Below are positions 1-18,584 of a DNA stretch of 64,000 nt, one piece after another. Source of the DNA: Flaccisagitta enflata (lineage: Eukaryota); assembly GCA_965153355.1 (NCBI GenBank), contig OZ231126.1, positions 3,968,001-4,032,000 on the forward strand. The letters run 5' to 3'. Position numbers and translations under genes: made by a program. The notes beneath the pieces were generated by a model. It made no database searches and had not been told where the DNA came from. It saw only the letters and a list, made by a program, of their open reading frames with translations. Each line of letters begins with the position of its first letter. Position 1 is the stretch's first letter.

Positions 1-2
1 AG

Positions 3-3000
3 CAACCAATCCTGACATTTAAGGATGTTAAAATGGCGCGGTTAGCGATAAATTGTCACATTTACATCATGAGTTTCATGGGCGATTATGCTGTAGGGAA
101 GCATATACGTCACAAAGACCTGGTCATCAACGTTCTGAAAGCCGGGATGGAGTACAAGCAACTACAGGATGAAATTTACTGCCAATTGCTTATGCAAACC
201 AATCAGAATAAATCAACCAATCAGCAAAGTTGCGAGCTGGGATGGCGTCTCTTTAGTGTTATCTCAGCCTTCTTTCCCTGCACCGATATGCTCCAACCAT
301 ATGTGATAAAATATCTTCAAAATTGCACCAATCCAAAATTAGGAAGCCACGACCACGCCTCACTCGCCTCCATGTGTCTTCAGGTTGGCAAAAACAGTTT
401 ATTTTATAGAACTTAGAATGAGTTTGATGTTTGAGTTCCTGGGTGCCGATTCAGGGATGCAGGGTAGCAATGCAACGCGGCAGGACAGCCATCAAGTGCG
501 GCAGTTGCGGCAGATGGTGGGCAAAACAGGTCAAAAATGAGGATTGAGAATAAAAGAAAGACGAAAACACAATTATACTAAAGGGGTATGCAAATTAAAA
601 TGAAAACCCGATTTATGTGGAGTAAATCATGTTTTCATCACCGTAAATGAGTAAAACTAGTATCAAGTAAGCTTCACAGGGCTAATTTTGAAAGAAAACG
701 GCGGAATATCATAGGCGAAGAAAGTGCGGCAGCCTTGGTTAGAATTTTCTTGCTATGCGGCAGGTTTGCAGAATCGAAACCCCGGGAGTTAGATTAGAAT
801 TTTAGTTAAAGTGAATTGCAAAATGAATACATGGTTTACTATAAAGCAAAGCTTTTAAAAGAACCGGCCATTTCCATTTTCAGAATGTGCAGAAGACGTT
901 GCGATATGGAGGCCGCAAGGAGTTGCCACCCCAAGCAGAGATCGATGCCCTCTGCTCAGGGAGACTAACAAAACGGCACGTCATCATGCTACCTGGAACT
1001 ATTCCTATCATCCTGAATTTGAGGCCATCAACAGTGGTTCAGGACATTATCGCAGAGGTGACAAAGCAAATGGACAGGACAGACCCACTGGAAGTTGATG
1101 AATACGCCCTGTTCTTCAAAAAAGGATACAGGGAACAGCTTCTTAGGAGGGAGGACTATCTCTTTGATCTACCATTGGAGAAAGAACATGGTGCCGAAGT
1201 TACTTTGCTATTCAAAAGAATGACCTGGATTTTGCCAACGAGAGGGTAAGTCCACACACACAAGGGAGTGAGCAAAGTGAGTGAGCGAGCCTGCGAATAG
1301 AGTAGAGCAAGCGTAATGTAAAAAGCTGGAACGCGTGATGTAGTCTCATGGAGAAATTGGCCCAGACAACCTGCGACGACAGTTAGACGACTTTGATAAC
1401 AATTTATGAATGAACCTTTAATCAACAGGTTGGAGAACGAGTATTACGTGGATACACTGTACAACCAACTGCTACCAAGCTATCTTTCAGGGGAGACACT
1501 GCCAAGAGGTTACCAACCAGGAAACACCGACAACTTCTGCCTGGATTATGCCCTTCTTGCAGCTTTACAGCTTTTGACAAAGAACAGGTAACCATCGTTG
1601 ACGCAGAGAATGGACATCAGGTTGACAAACATGGCGGCATCGATGTAGGGCACGCCACGTCCAACACGTCCATGGAAGAGGGAAAAATCCGTCTCGAAAA
1701 GCAAGTCGGTCTTAATCAGGAGTGATTTATGGTTGAAAAGTTGAAAATTTCTTTGAAAAACAGCCTAAGAAGAGAAAAATTGAGTTTGCTTAAAATGTTA
1801 CAAAAAAGCCCCTAAATGTAAGATCATCATACAAAACTGATACAAAAAGTACTTTACTATTTTTTTAGTTTTCACTTTTTGGGCAGCGGCCCCGGAGGGG
1901 CCGATGACCTTTGATTCCACATTGGGCAATTTTCTCCGTTTTCCGTTCGTCCGTCCCCTTCCTCCTCCAAGCCTCAAATAAAGCCTCTCAGACCCCAAAT
2001 CAGGCCTTTTCGACTCCAAATCAGACCATTCTGACCCCAAATCAGGCTTCTCAGACCTCAAATCAGGCCTCCCAGACCCCAAATCAGGCCTCTCAGACCC
2101 CAAATCAGGCCTCCCAGACCCCAAATCAGGCCTCCCAGACCCCAGATCAGGCTTCTCAGACCCCAGATCAGGCTTCTCAGACCCCAAATTAGGCCTCTCA
2201 GATCCGAATCAGGCCTCAGGCCCCATGTCAGGCTTTTCAGACCCCAAATTAGACCCCTCAGACCCAAATAAGGCCTTTCAGACCCCAAATCAAGCCTCTC
2301 AGACCCCAAACGACGCCTCTCACACCCTAAATCAGACCTTTCAGAGCCAAAATCAGGTCTCTCAGCACTCCAAACCAGCTTGTCAAACCGGAGAAAATTG
2401 TCCTATGTGGAATCATAGGTCATTGGCCCCTCCGGGGCCGCTGCCCCTGTCATAATCTCATTCCCACATACACTAAGTTAGGGACATCGGGTACCGCTGA
2501 CCATGTTACGCTTTTGCGACTATTACATTTACGGTCTTGATCCTGACTCAGTCTCAGACTTCGTCTCATGCTAAGTGGACGTGGCGAATTTGAGAGCTTC
2601 CCTACATCCTCAATGCATGGCAGTAAGGTGTTAGGAAAAAGCGCTGGTAAATGATTGGCTCATCACATATTCTTCCAGAGGCTCATCACCACAGGACCAG
2701 CATGAGACCAAAATCAGTTTGAAAGTGGAAGTGACTCCAAAGCCCATTTTGGAATTACGGGCTCAAAATCCTCTCATGTCACTCATGTGGGAGGAAATGG
2801 TGGCGGAAAACCTGCGCTCCCTCAAAGCAAATCAAATCAACGCCATACAAGTAAGCAGAGAGAAACAATCTCGGACATTTCATTGTGTCAAATACACTCG
2901 AAGTAAGAACTGAGAAAACAAAGCGAGCCAACATTTACGCCTGGTAATTGTGGTAAATCATGTAGCTCGTTACTGTACAACCGACAGACAGCCTGCTACC

Positions 3001-3914
3001 GACGTGCACTGTACCCGGTAGCTTTTTTTTATATAATCCAATTACTAAAGCATTTTTTTCTCTCTTCAACCAGGCCAAGACTCATTTTTTGAAGATTCTG
3101 GAAACTCGGTTCAAGCACTTTGGAGCGTCCTTTTTCGAAGTGCTTTGGATTTCGCATCCCTCCACTCCTATGGAAGAGGTGCAAAACAAAGTCTTTCTGG
3201 CGATATCCAAACACGGTATCGAATTCATCGATCCCATGTCCAGGTCCGTAAATTGTCAAGTAAATTGTAAATTGTCATGTCACAAATTGTCAAGTTACAA
3301 ATTGTCAAGTAAATTCACATGTGGGAATTTAACAATATACACGAATTTACCATATAGCATATATTCTTTATCCGTCAAAATCAGATCAAATTTCTTTTTT
3401 TTTAACCTCAGGGAGATCATAAATCACTTTCCTTTCCATCAAGTATTCTCAACCAGAAAGGTAAGCAACGAGCTGTTGGCATGTGTATTTCGTAGTATTG
3501 TGCTACCAAACTAATCGCAAAACCATATATACTTATAGGCCAACAAACTATAAGAAAACAAGGGTGAATAATTACATTTGTAAATGAATGATTGAATAAA
3601 CAGTTGAGTGAATGATTAAATGAGTGAACGATCAACAAATCAACCTAACAAATTTGCCAACATGGTTCCCTTCTAGCGAGGCAAGGACGCGTTTATATCT
3701 AAGAGAGCCTTTATTTCATTTCGTTCCCTAACGCCAGGTGACGGATGGTTGTGACCAATACCTGGACTTGAAATGCGGCAATCTGATGGTGCAAAAGGTG
3801 ACGCGAGTGAAGACAAATCAATGCGAAATCATTTCCTCATTAATCGGCCAATACACGGAAAATATGGCCAAATACGAACAGGCCAAAAAGGACTCTGTAG
3901 TCACGTTGATTTGA
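3..3914 (+). CDS. MYO15: Unconventional myosin XV-like, C-terminal MyTH4-FERM tail (5' part outside window)
   Basis: Phase-consistent GT-AG exons 3-383, 884-1245, 1429-1587, 2679-2850, 3074-3243, 3412-3460, 3738-3914. MyTH4 motifs (IMSFMGDY, LQDEIYCQLLMQTNQN, GWRLFSVISAFFPC, KTLRYGGRKELP) followed by FERM. Last exon YLDLKCGNLMVQKVTRVKT...SVVTLI* is typical of class XV myosins. Confidence 0.85.
1878..2523. mobile_element. Non-autonomous HINE/MITE-like element with ~40-bp subterminal inverted repeats and an internal 21-bp tandem array
   Basis: gggcagcggccccggaggggccgatgacc...ttccaca (~1881) is inverted at ~2405-2445. Internal (cagaccccaaatcaggcctct)n at ~1975-2370. Related copies at 14085-14670, 45110-45571 and a partial one at ~28400-28455. 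Confidence 0.65.
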
Positions 3915-4591
3915 CGGGGACTAGTCAGTGACACGAACGCATTGACACACACACGCGTGTCAGTCTTTAGATGTGTCATTGCATCTCTACAAGGTTTGTC
4001 CGTCAGTCAGTCTGTTCGTATGTGCCTTACGCGCCTGCGCGCTAATCGCGCAATTGATGCATAGAGTAGCCTGGATGGGCTTGTTTTTTTTTTCAATCAT
4101 CAGAAGCTTAAAACTATTTCATTGCAACGATATACAAATCAGCGAGAGTTTAAAAAAATCTTGTTTTAGTGAAATTTACAATGCAGATGTAACCATGTGG
4201 CAATTACCTTCTTACTAAAGAGCAAAATGATTTCAACACATTCATCTTTTACACGCGCCAAATCGAAGTTTGTAAGAAGCCCCTCTTCGTACTTGAACCT
4301 AGTTCTTTCATTATTCTTAAATGAATGACAGATTAAACCTGCCACATAAATATTTCATTGCTTGATGCCAGTTCAAAAAACACCAAAAACAGTCCAGTGA
4401 GGGGAAACTAAACCCAATCATTCACTTGCAATAGATTTCCAAGATTCAGTTAAATATTCTTAAAAAAAAAAACTCCATAGACCAGCTCTTTTCTTGTGAA
4501 GGTTAAATGAACAGGAGTATGTTTTTTTGAGTGCGTGCCAAGCTAGTGAACAAACGTGACATGATGACGCCGATCCTTCATCATGAGAAGT

Positions 4592-5563
4592 TTAAGAACC
4601 ATGAAAAACCCCACTAAAGAAAAAAGAACAAAGAAAAAACTTAGGGCGTGTTTCTAGTATGGATGAAAAACGCGTTTCTTCCCGTGAAACGTGCTCACAG
4701 CGTGAACATATACATATGTATATTCAAGAACTTCAACTGTTCCCCGAGGGAGTGAGCCAGCCCATGAAAGGAACCAGCGAGCGAGCGCAGCGAAGTAGAG
4801 CGCTGCAGAGCGAGTAAGCTGAGCGATGTAAGCAAACACATTACAAATGTAGCGAGCAACCGAGTGGCGCGTTAAAAACGCGATAGTCTGACTAGAAACG
4901 CACCCATCGAAGAAAACTTGGTCTCTATAGACATACCCCAGCTGCAAAAATGTATTGAGGGAGATGCTTTCGGCGTTGGTGTCGGCGAGCAAACTGGTGT
5001 TCTCATCTGATCTGGAGACGGCGGGAAAGGAAGTCCGCGCTGCCATTTCCGCCTTGAATATTTTTACATGCACACAAGTCAATCAGGGCGTGTTTCCAGT
5101 AATGACAACAATCGCAAACATTCCCGTCGATCGCGTTTACAGCATGCACACATATGAATTAAAATCATCTCTCAAAGAGCGAAATGAGCGAGCAAGTTTA
5201 TTGACAGAGCAAGCGAATGCAGCAAGCGAACAAAGCAACCAGTGTCGTAAAAAGTATGTAAACAAAGTAAGCGGCGCGAGCGAACGAATATGGCGACCAA
5301 ACGAGTGGCTCTATGTAAACACGATTGCAACCTGTAGATACTGGCCCTCACTCTTGAAGACAGGTTTGGTATGGATACCAATTTCACCCGCCCATTGTTG
5401 AAAAGTGGGACAACATCACATCATGCACCAAATGCCCGCCTGAACATAGTCTTTACTTAGTGAAAGCAAATGATAGCTTTATAGTTGCTGTCCGTCCATC
5501 TGTCCGCGATCTCGCACCAACCCTGCTCCGGCGAGCATCCTTACCAGTGTCATTCGCCAATCG
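4592..5563 (-). CDS. Putative orphan 3' exons of an unidentified gene (...DWRMTL AEMAARTSFPAVSRSDENTSLL...FLQLG GVFHGS*)
   Basis: Phase-compatible candidate exons 5545-5563, 4937-5052 and 4592-4613 with ag/gt boundaries. The middle exon has exon-like GC-rich third codon positions. No recognisable homology. Confidence 0.3.
4645..4904. mobile_element. Short MITE-like element
   Basis: Terminal inverted repeat gggcgtgtttctagt...actagaaacgcaccc with a gagcgagcg-rich core. Related degenerate copies at ~5085-5390 and ~54960-55230. Confidence 0.5.
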
Positions 5564-5754
5564 CTAAGGAAAAAAATGTTTAAAAAATCTTTCAAAAAAA
5601 AAAAAATTTCAAAAAAAAAAAAAAATTTCAAAAAAAAAAAAATTTCAAAAAAAAATTTCAAAAAAATTTTTTTCAAAAAAAAAAAAATTTAAAAAAAGAA
5701 AAAAAAATTCCAAAAAATTTGCAAAAAAATAATAAAAATTTTTCAAAAAAATTT

Positions 5755-6262
5755 AATAGTTGAAGATGATGACAGTAGTCGAAGATGATGACAGTAGTTG
5801 AGGATGTTGGCAGTAGATGGGGGTGATGACAGTAGATGAAGATTATGACAGTAATTGCGGATGATGACAGTGGATGAAGAAGATGATGACGTGGATGAAG
5901 AATGATGACAGTAGTTGAAGATGATGACAGTAGTTGAAGATGATCCTGATGGTTGAAGATAGTCCACAGTGGTTGAGAAGATAGTCCTGACAGTAGTTGA
6001 AGATGATCACAGTAGTTGAAGATGATCACAGTAGTTGAAGATGATCACAGTTGTTGAAGATGATCACAGTAGTTGAAGATGATCACAGTAGTTGAAGATG
6101 ATCACAGTAGTTGAAGATGATCACAGTAGTTGAAGATGATCACAGTAGTTGAAGATGATCACAATAATCGAAGATGATCACAGTAGTTGAAGATGAATCA
6201 TGAAATCCATGTTAGCAAACCTAATCACAGTAGTTGAAGATGATCACAGTAGTTGAAGATGA
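5755..6262. repeat. 19-bp minisatellite (cacagtagttgaagatgat)n
   Basis: About 25 tandem units, homogeneous at 5990-6190 and degenerate to the left. Preceded by an A-tract region at 5570-5755. Confidence 0.9.
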
Positions 6263-6349
6263 ATCTTTAAATCCATGATGGCAAACCTAAAGAAAAAATC
6301 AGAATGTAATAAATGAGAACAAAGTAAAAGAACTCCAATCCTCTATATA

Positions 6350-7088
6350 AATCTAAGTCCTAGTAACATATTACTACATTAATAGGCTTAATCTTATAAA
6401 TCGGACTTCAAATTTAATTCAAATTTTGCAGGGGCAGATTATTTAGTGTCCTTTACTTGTATACCAAATTAAAAAAAAAATTCACATAACTTTGCTACCC
6501 TTTGCCTATGTAAAATGCTTAAGTCATAGTAACATATTACTACATAAAAAAGCTAATATCTCATAAACCAGATTTCAAATTTAATTCAGGCTGGGGATTG
6601 ATTATTTACCTCTACTTGTGTACCAAATTTGAAAAAAATTCACATACCTTTACTACCCTTTGCTATATAAATTGCCAGAGTCCTAGCAATATACTACTAC
6701 ATAAATAAGCTAATATCTCAGGAACCAGACCTCAGATTTAATTCGAATTTTGCAGGGATTGTTACTACTCTGCTGTATACCAAATCTAAAAAAAAATTCA
6801 TAAACCTTTACCACCCTCTACCTCCGAAAACCACCTAAGTCCCAGCTAAATATTACTACAAAAGTAATAGGCAAAGGGTAGTAAAAGTTAATGAATTTTT
6901 CTGAAAATTGGTACACAAGCTCCCATTGACATAAAAATAACACTGATTAAGTTTCATGAACTTCTGAGGTCTGGTTCAAAGGATATGAGAAGGTTTAAAC
7001 AGACAGAAGCAGCCACGGCGACGACAACAGACTACGATCAGGTCCATCACATAGTCACCGACGAAAACTGTTCGTCGGGGACAAAAAA
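6350..7088 (+). mobile_element. Helentron/HINE-like element end with ~165-bp internal repeats
   Basis: Three to four copies of tagtaacatattactacat...taccaaatt...ttactaccc, then aagtttcatgaa...cagacag..., a terminal stem-loop ccgacgaa-aactg-ttcgtcgg and an A-run. Confidence 0.5.
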
Positions 7089-7188
7089 AGCATGCACTAA
7101 AGAATTGCAATTGATGATTAAAATCAATTCTTAATAATACGGAAAGAAAAACCATGGGAACTCTAGATAGCAAAACTAGAATTTAACT

Positions 7189-8968
7189 TTATTGATTTAC
7201 TTCCATATTCCCTTGAACACATTTGCACTTGCATAATTCAGTGCATGGAAGATCAGCAGATTTGCAGCTGCACCTTTTTGTGCTGCAATCTGTTTTGCAG
7301 CCACATTTAACAAGATCGCGACAACTTAGTGCAACTTCAGCAATAGTAATCCAAACTGGTTGCCATTGATTCACCTTCTTTTGCCACCCAAACAAGGAGG
7401 CTGCAGGTAATGAAGCTTGAGTTTCAAAAGATGTTGCCCAAATACCTGTTTGATACACACTTCGGATGGATCAGTGCTGGATCAGTGCATTTTTTGTTGG
7501 TGGGAGACTCTCCATGCTTTGGTTTTTTTGGCAGAAAATCTCTCTTCGTGCATCATTCACCTTCTTCAAAGAAGATGACTTTATGTACATGTATATGACA
7601 AATCTTTCAAGTGTTTCCACCTCTTTTGAGTCATCATCAATAGGCTTGAATGGCTCAACTGACAGATTAGCAAATGTTTCTGTCACTTCTTCAAATGCTT
7701 TCCAAGTATTCTAGGCAGTTTTTTTGCCCTTGTTGTGGAAGGCCAATGTAAAGGGGTAAGGGTGGCTCTCTTTTTAAAGTATGGACAGTTTTGCTGTCAG
7801 GTTTAATTGCAGCTTTTTTCATATGGAACTGGCACAATTGGGAAATGGTGAGAAGCGCTTGAGATTCAATTTGATATTGTTCTTTCATGCCAGCTCCATA
7901 GAGAATAAAAGAAATTAGTGTTTTAATGTGTTTGGAACAGATCTGCTTTCACTGTCCTTACCAAAAATGGCCAGAAAAAATAGAGCTCTGATGATCAAAC
8001 ATATCTCTCATAACAATGTTGGCCGCCTCAGCAAGCACTTGAGCTTCTCTAGAAAAGTTTCTTTTTTTAAGCTCTTCTTCAAGGACCATTCCTTATCCAG
8101 CATGAAACACTAGCACAATATGTCCATTAGAGAGTTTCTCCTCTAGCATATCAGAACCAAAATGTGTCAAGATATCATCTTTTAGTCTGGTTACATGGAC
8201 ATCTTGCTTATTCATATCTCTGTTTGTCAGACCATCCATCAAACTTTTTGTTCTTTACAAGTGGTTGTTGCATCACAGCTCCTAACCAATGCATGGTTAG
8301 CCTTTTTTATTGCTCCAGCCCACCAAAACGCAACTTGGGTAGCCATGTAATTGGCCTTGTTTATGGTTTGGTGCATTAGCACTAAAAAAATGTGTTTTTT
8401 TTTAATTTTTTTTTTTAAAAAATGCAAGGCTACTGGATTTTACTTTACTGGAGGCAAATTACGTCATTTCCAATCAATTTGACCGCACTTCTGAAGAACT
8501 TTCTTCAAAAAAAATGCTTGGTCAATTTTTTGGAGCGTCAACCCTAAAATTTTCCAAGTTTTTTGAAAAAAATTTCATTCTACAGGATGTCGGATCTAGG
8601 CAAATTAGGTCATTTCCAATCGATTTGACCCCCCCTCTGAAGAACTTTTTCAAGAAAAATTTCTTGATCAATTTTCAGAGCATCAACCTAAAATTACCAA
8701 GTTTTTGAAAAAAAATTTTATTCTGGAATGTTGAATCTAGGCAAATTGGTCATTTCCATCGATTAGACCCCCTTTTGAAGACACTTTTGGAAAAAATTCT
8801 TTTCTCTTGCAGGCCAATTTGAGGGCCCTAGGGACCCAAATGGGCCCGAATTTTACGTCACCCCATCTGAATCATTTATTCACCTAAAAAGGGTGTTGTA
8901 AAAAAAATTCACACTTTGGTCCGGATTTGCAGTGATCACCCAATTTCTTCCTTAGAACAACTCCACTA
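7189..8968 (-). mobile_element. Degenerate, internally deleted Academ-like (AcademX-type) DNA transposon
   Basis: Broken reading frames: LTISQL...REPPLPLYIGL fused directly to (N)KGKKTA*NTWKAFEEV...ARREIFCQKNQSMESLPPTKNALIQH...YQTGIW...WQPVW...LVKCGCKTDCSTKRCSCKSADLPCTELCKCKC (end of an XPG-like region plus Cys8 finger). TAG-type terminus at 8968 on -. Family assignment is from recalled architecture, not a search. Confidence 0.55.
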
Positions 8969-9218
8969 TTTGGTCTTATGGTCTTAACAACCGCACGCGA
9001 CTGAAAGGTGTTGGCCTTGTTCGACACACACAAAGACACAGACACACAGGCCCCTTACAGACAAAACCACCGACACTGACACACACAGACACTTACAGAC
9101 AAAGCCAGAGACACACATGGCCACTTACAAAGTCACAGACACACACAAACAGAGCAACTGACAGACAAAGCCATACACACAGGGCCATACAGAAAACCAC
9201 GCACAGACACAAAGAGAC

Positions 9219-9256
<38 letters not shown>

Positions 9257-9290
9257 TGACACACACAGCCATACATTCAGTCCTATTCAC

Positions 9291-15822
<6,532 letters not shown>

Positions 15823-17545
15823 CTTGATGACAAAATTACAGGGGTGTATATTGGGGTGGTGAAATAGGGTCAAATTTCAAAAAATGATCCCAATTCGTCA
15901 TTAGGTTGGTCACGGATAGGGGTCAAATTTCAAAAAAATGATATACTCTAGTTTATTGCATAAATGTACAAAATTAGAAGGTTTTCCCACAAGGAGAGGT
16001 CTGAGTTTGAAGATTAAACCATGTCGGCAACACTATGGAGTTCCTATGGCAATGAAAAAATCCCCATAGTAAGCCTATGGTTTTGCCGACAAGGTTTCTT
16101 GTTTGATTTCACACCCCAACTTGTGACAAATCCTTCTTTTATTGGATGTTTATGCAAAGGGCCAAGTATATCAAAATGTAGAAACTGACCAATTCGGGAC
16201 CACTCTATTGGTCAATCGTCATTCTTACTTTCCCCTAATTAGGGATGTGGCCATTTCCTATTTCGAAGGGCGGGATAACTACTAGTATTTGAAGAGCAGA
16301 ATGGAGGCGAAAGTGGCATGAAAATCTACCGCATCCCAATCGCTCCAATAACATAATACTGATCCTCACTCCAATAACTGTTTAAGGTTTAAATAGTGCT
16401 TAATTGTGTTCTTCTTATCATGTTTTATGATTTGTTACTACGAAAAGTTATATTTTCCTTATATTTTCTTTTGTTTCTCTTCTTTCCTCCTACCTTTTCC
16501 TTCCCTTTCCCCAAACCCTTTGATTATTCTTTATTATTATACGGAAGAATATACAGGCCTGCAAAATTATAGTCGAAGATTCATTGTACTATTTATTGTA
16601 ATATCTATTGTGTACTTACATCGAATAGACAAATAGGGCATCTCAATCTAAACATGGTACAAAGATACTCTCTCTAATTTCTCAGTCTACGGTTGTAGCG
16701 CGTCTTCTGAAATGACAAATTTATTTTTCGTGAGCGCTCAGAAGTAAATAAAATGAATAAAAGTTATTACGCCACTGAATACATGTTGAACAGAGCTACG
16801 ATGGCCGGAATCTCAGAGCGACAGTAGGTAGTAAGATTTTTAGGGGCAGGGCAAGTGGTGGAAGGGCATTATGAATTTCGTTTGTAAAGAAATGAATATA
16901 TAAATTTAGAAATAAGTGGTATATGTCATCAATTCTTCAGCTTTGTCAAAATCTGATGATGAACCGAATGCCAATTAGGGCGTGTGATAGATGTTGTCAA
17001 CGAAGCAGCAAGGATTCTCGATCTGGACGCAACTTTTCGTAACATTTATGACTTTCTGATTGTGATGCGAACATCTTCGACGCCGTCCTGGTGACACCAA
17101 TACTACATAAGGCCTTCAGATGAACAACAGGACCGCATGACACAATAGGCGTTCAATACGGAACAAGGCCAAGTGAGGGCCAATAAGTGCGCCTCGCTTG
17201 ATTAAGAATTTGTGAATGAACGTTTTTGATGAATGAATGAATGAACGAATGAATGATTGAACAAATGAATGAATGAAAATGCATGTTGTAAGGCATGAAA
17301 GGTGAAAGGAATGAACAAATATGACAGAATGAGCCGTTTTGCGCATTTCAAACGTTTGCGTGACCGACCAACCGACCAACCGACCGACCGACCGACCGAC
17401 CGACCAACGGACATGACCTCTTATAGAAGTGCGAGGACGCACTTAAAAACCGACTCAAACGAAACGTAATTCGGTATATACATGTACTGATAACATTTCT
17501 GCATGTGTGCGTGGATGCGTGCATACGCGTGCATAGGCATGCATA

Positions 17546-17693
<148 letters not shown>

Positions 17694-17970
17694 TCTGTTT
17701 GTCTGTGTGTTATTGCGTAAGGCTGTGCGATGCAATGCTATTGAGGTGCAGTTTTCTGAGCCCTTCACGTTGCATTCCCAGACAGCATATTTCACGCTCA
17801 ACTGGAAATGGAAAATTCATGATTGACGACAATTGACGATGTCCTTGCTGCAAATTAACGGCGAAAGATGAAAATTATTGGTCAAATTTAGGTATTTAGA
17901 AAGTTGCGAGAGAGAGTGAGAGAGAGAGAGAGAGAGAGAGATCCGTTTTTACAGAGAACCCTGCATCCTG

Positions 17971-18584
17971 CACCCTGCTTTCAAAAACAATCTGAGTGAA
18001 AAATCACATAACTGTGGGTTTCTCTGCATTTTTGTGTAGTGTTGGGGTGTGATAACATAAACCTAGCTAAAATAAAATCATTCACCTAGCGCTTTTTGAG
18101 TAATCTTCAAAATGGAAAAAAATTAGACTCATTTTCAATGAAGATTCTACTGAGTTGTATTGACCTATTTTTTGACTCCATTTTCTTAATCTACACAAAA
18201 TTCCCTTTCATTTGATAGGTCACACTCCATAATTTTGTAAAAAAAAATTTTTTAATTTTTTGAGTCACCGTTACAAAAAAGTAACGGTGGCTCAAAAAAT
18301 GAAAACTTTATTTCAAAGTTAAACCATATAGTGTGACCTATCAAATGAAAGGGAATTTTGCTTAGATTAACAATATGAAGTCAAAAAATAGATCAATACA
18401 ACTCAGTAGAATCTTTTTTGAAAATGGTTCTAATTATTTCCATTTTGAAGATTACTCAAAAAGTGCTCTGCGAGTGATTTTAATTTAGCCAGTTACATGT
18501 AATCACACCCTAACACTACACAAAAACGCAGAGAAACCCACAGTTATGTGATTTTTCACTCAGATCTTTTTTTGAAAGCACAGT
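17971..18584. mobile_element. Foldback MITE with ~270-bp inverted arms
   Basis: caccctgctttcaaaaacaatctgagtgaaaaatcacataactgtgggtttctctgc is mirrored by gcagagaaacccacagttatgtgatttttcactcagatc...tgaaagcacagtg. Same terminal motif as the element at 21518-22281. Confidence 0.8.

Noticed and set aside
1798-2455. Heptad-repeat ORFs (NQASQTP / PDLGSER)
   Set aside because: Translation of the 21-bp array inside a dispersed repeat in a myosin intron. The same applies at 14272-14668.
16915-17110. Exon-like composition upstream of the GCN1 break, and similarly at 18640-18780
   Set aside because: Minus-strand translations do not match the expected upstream GCN1 sequence (ALADENE.VRDTAL) and contain stops.
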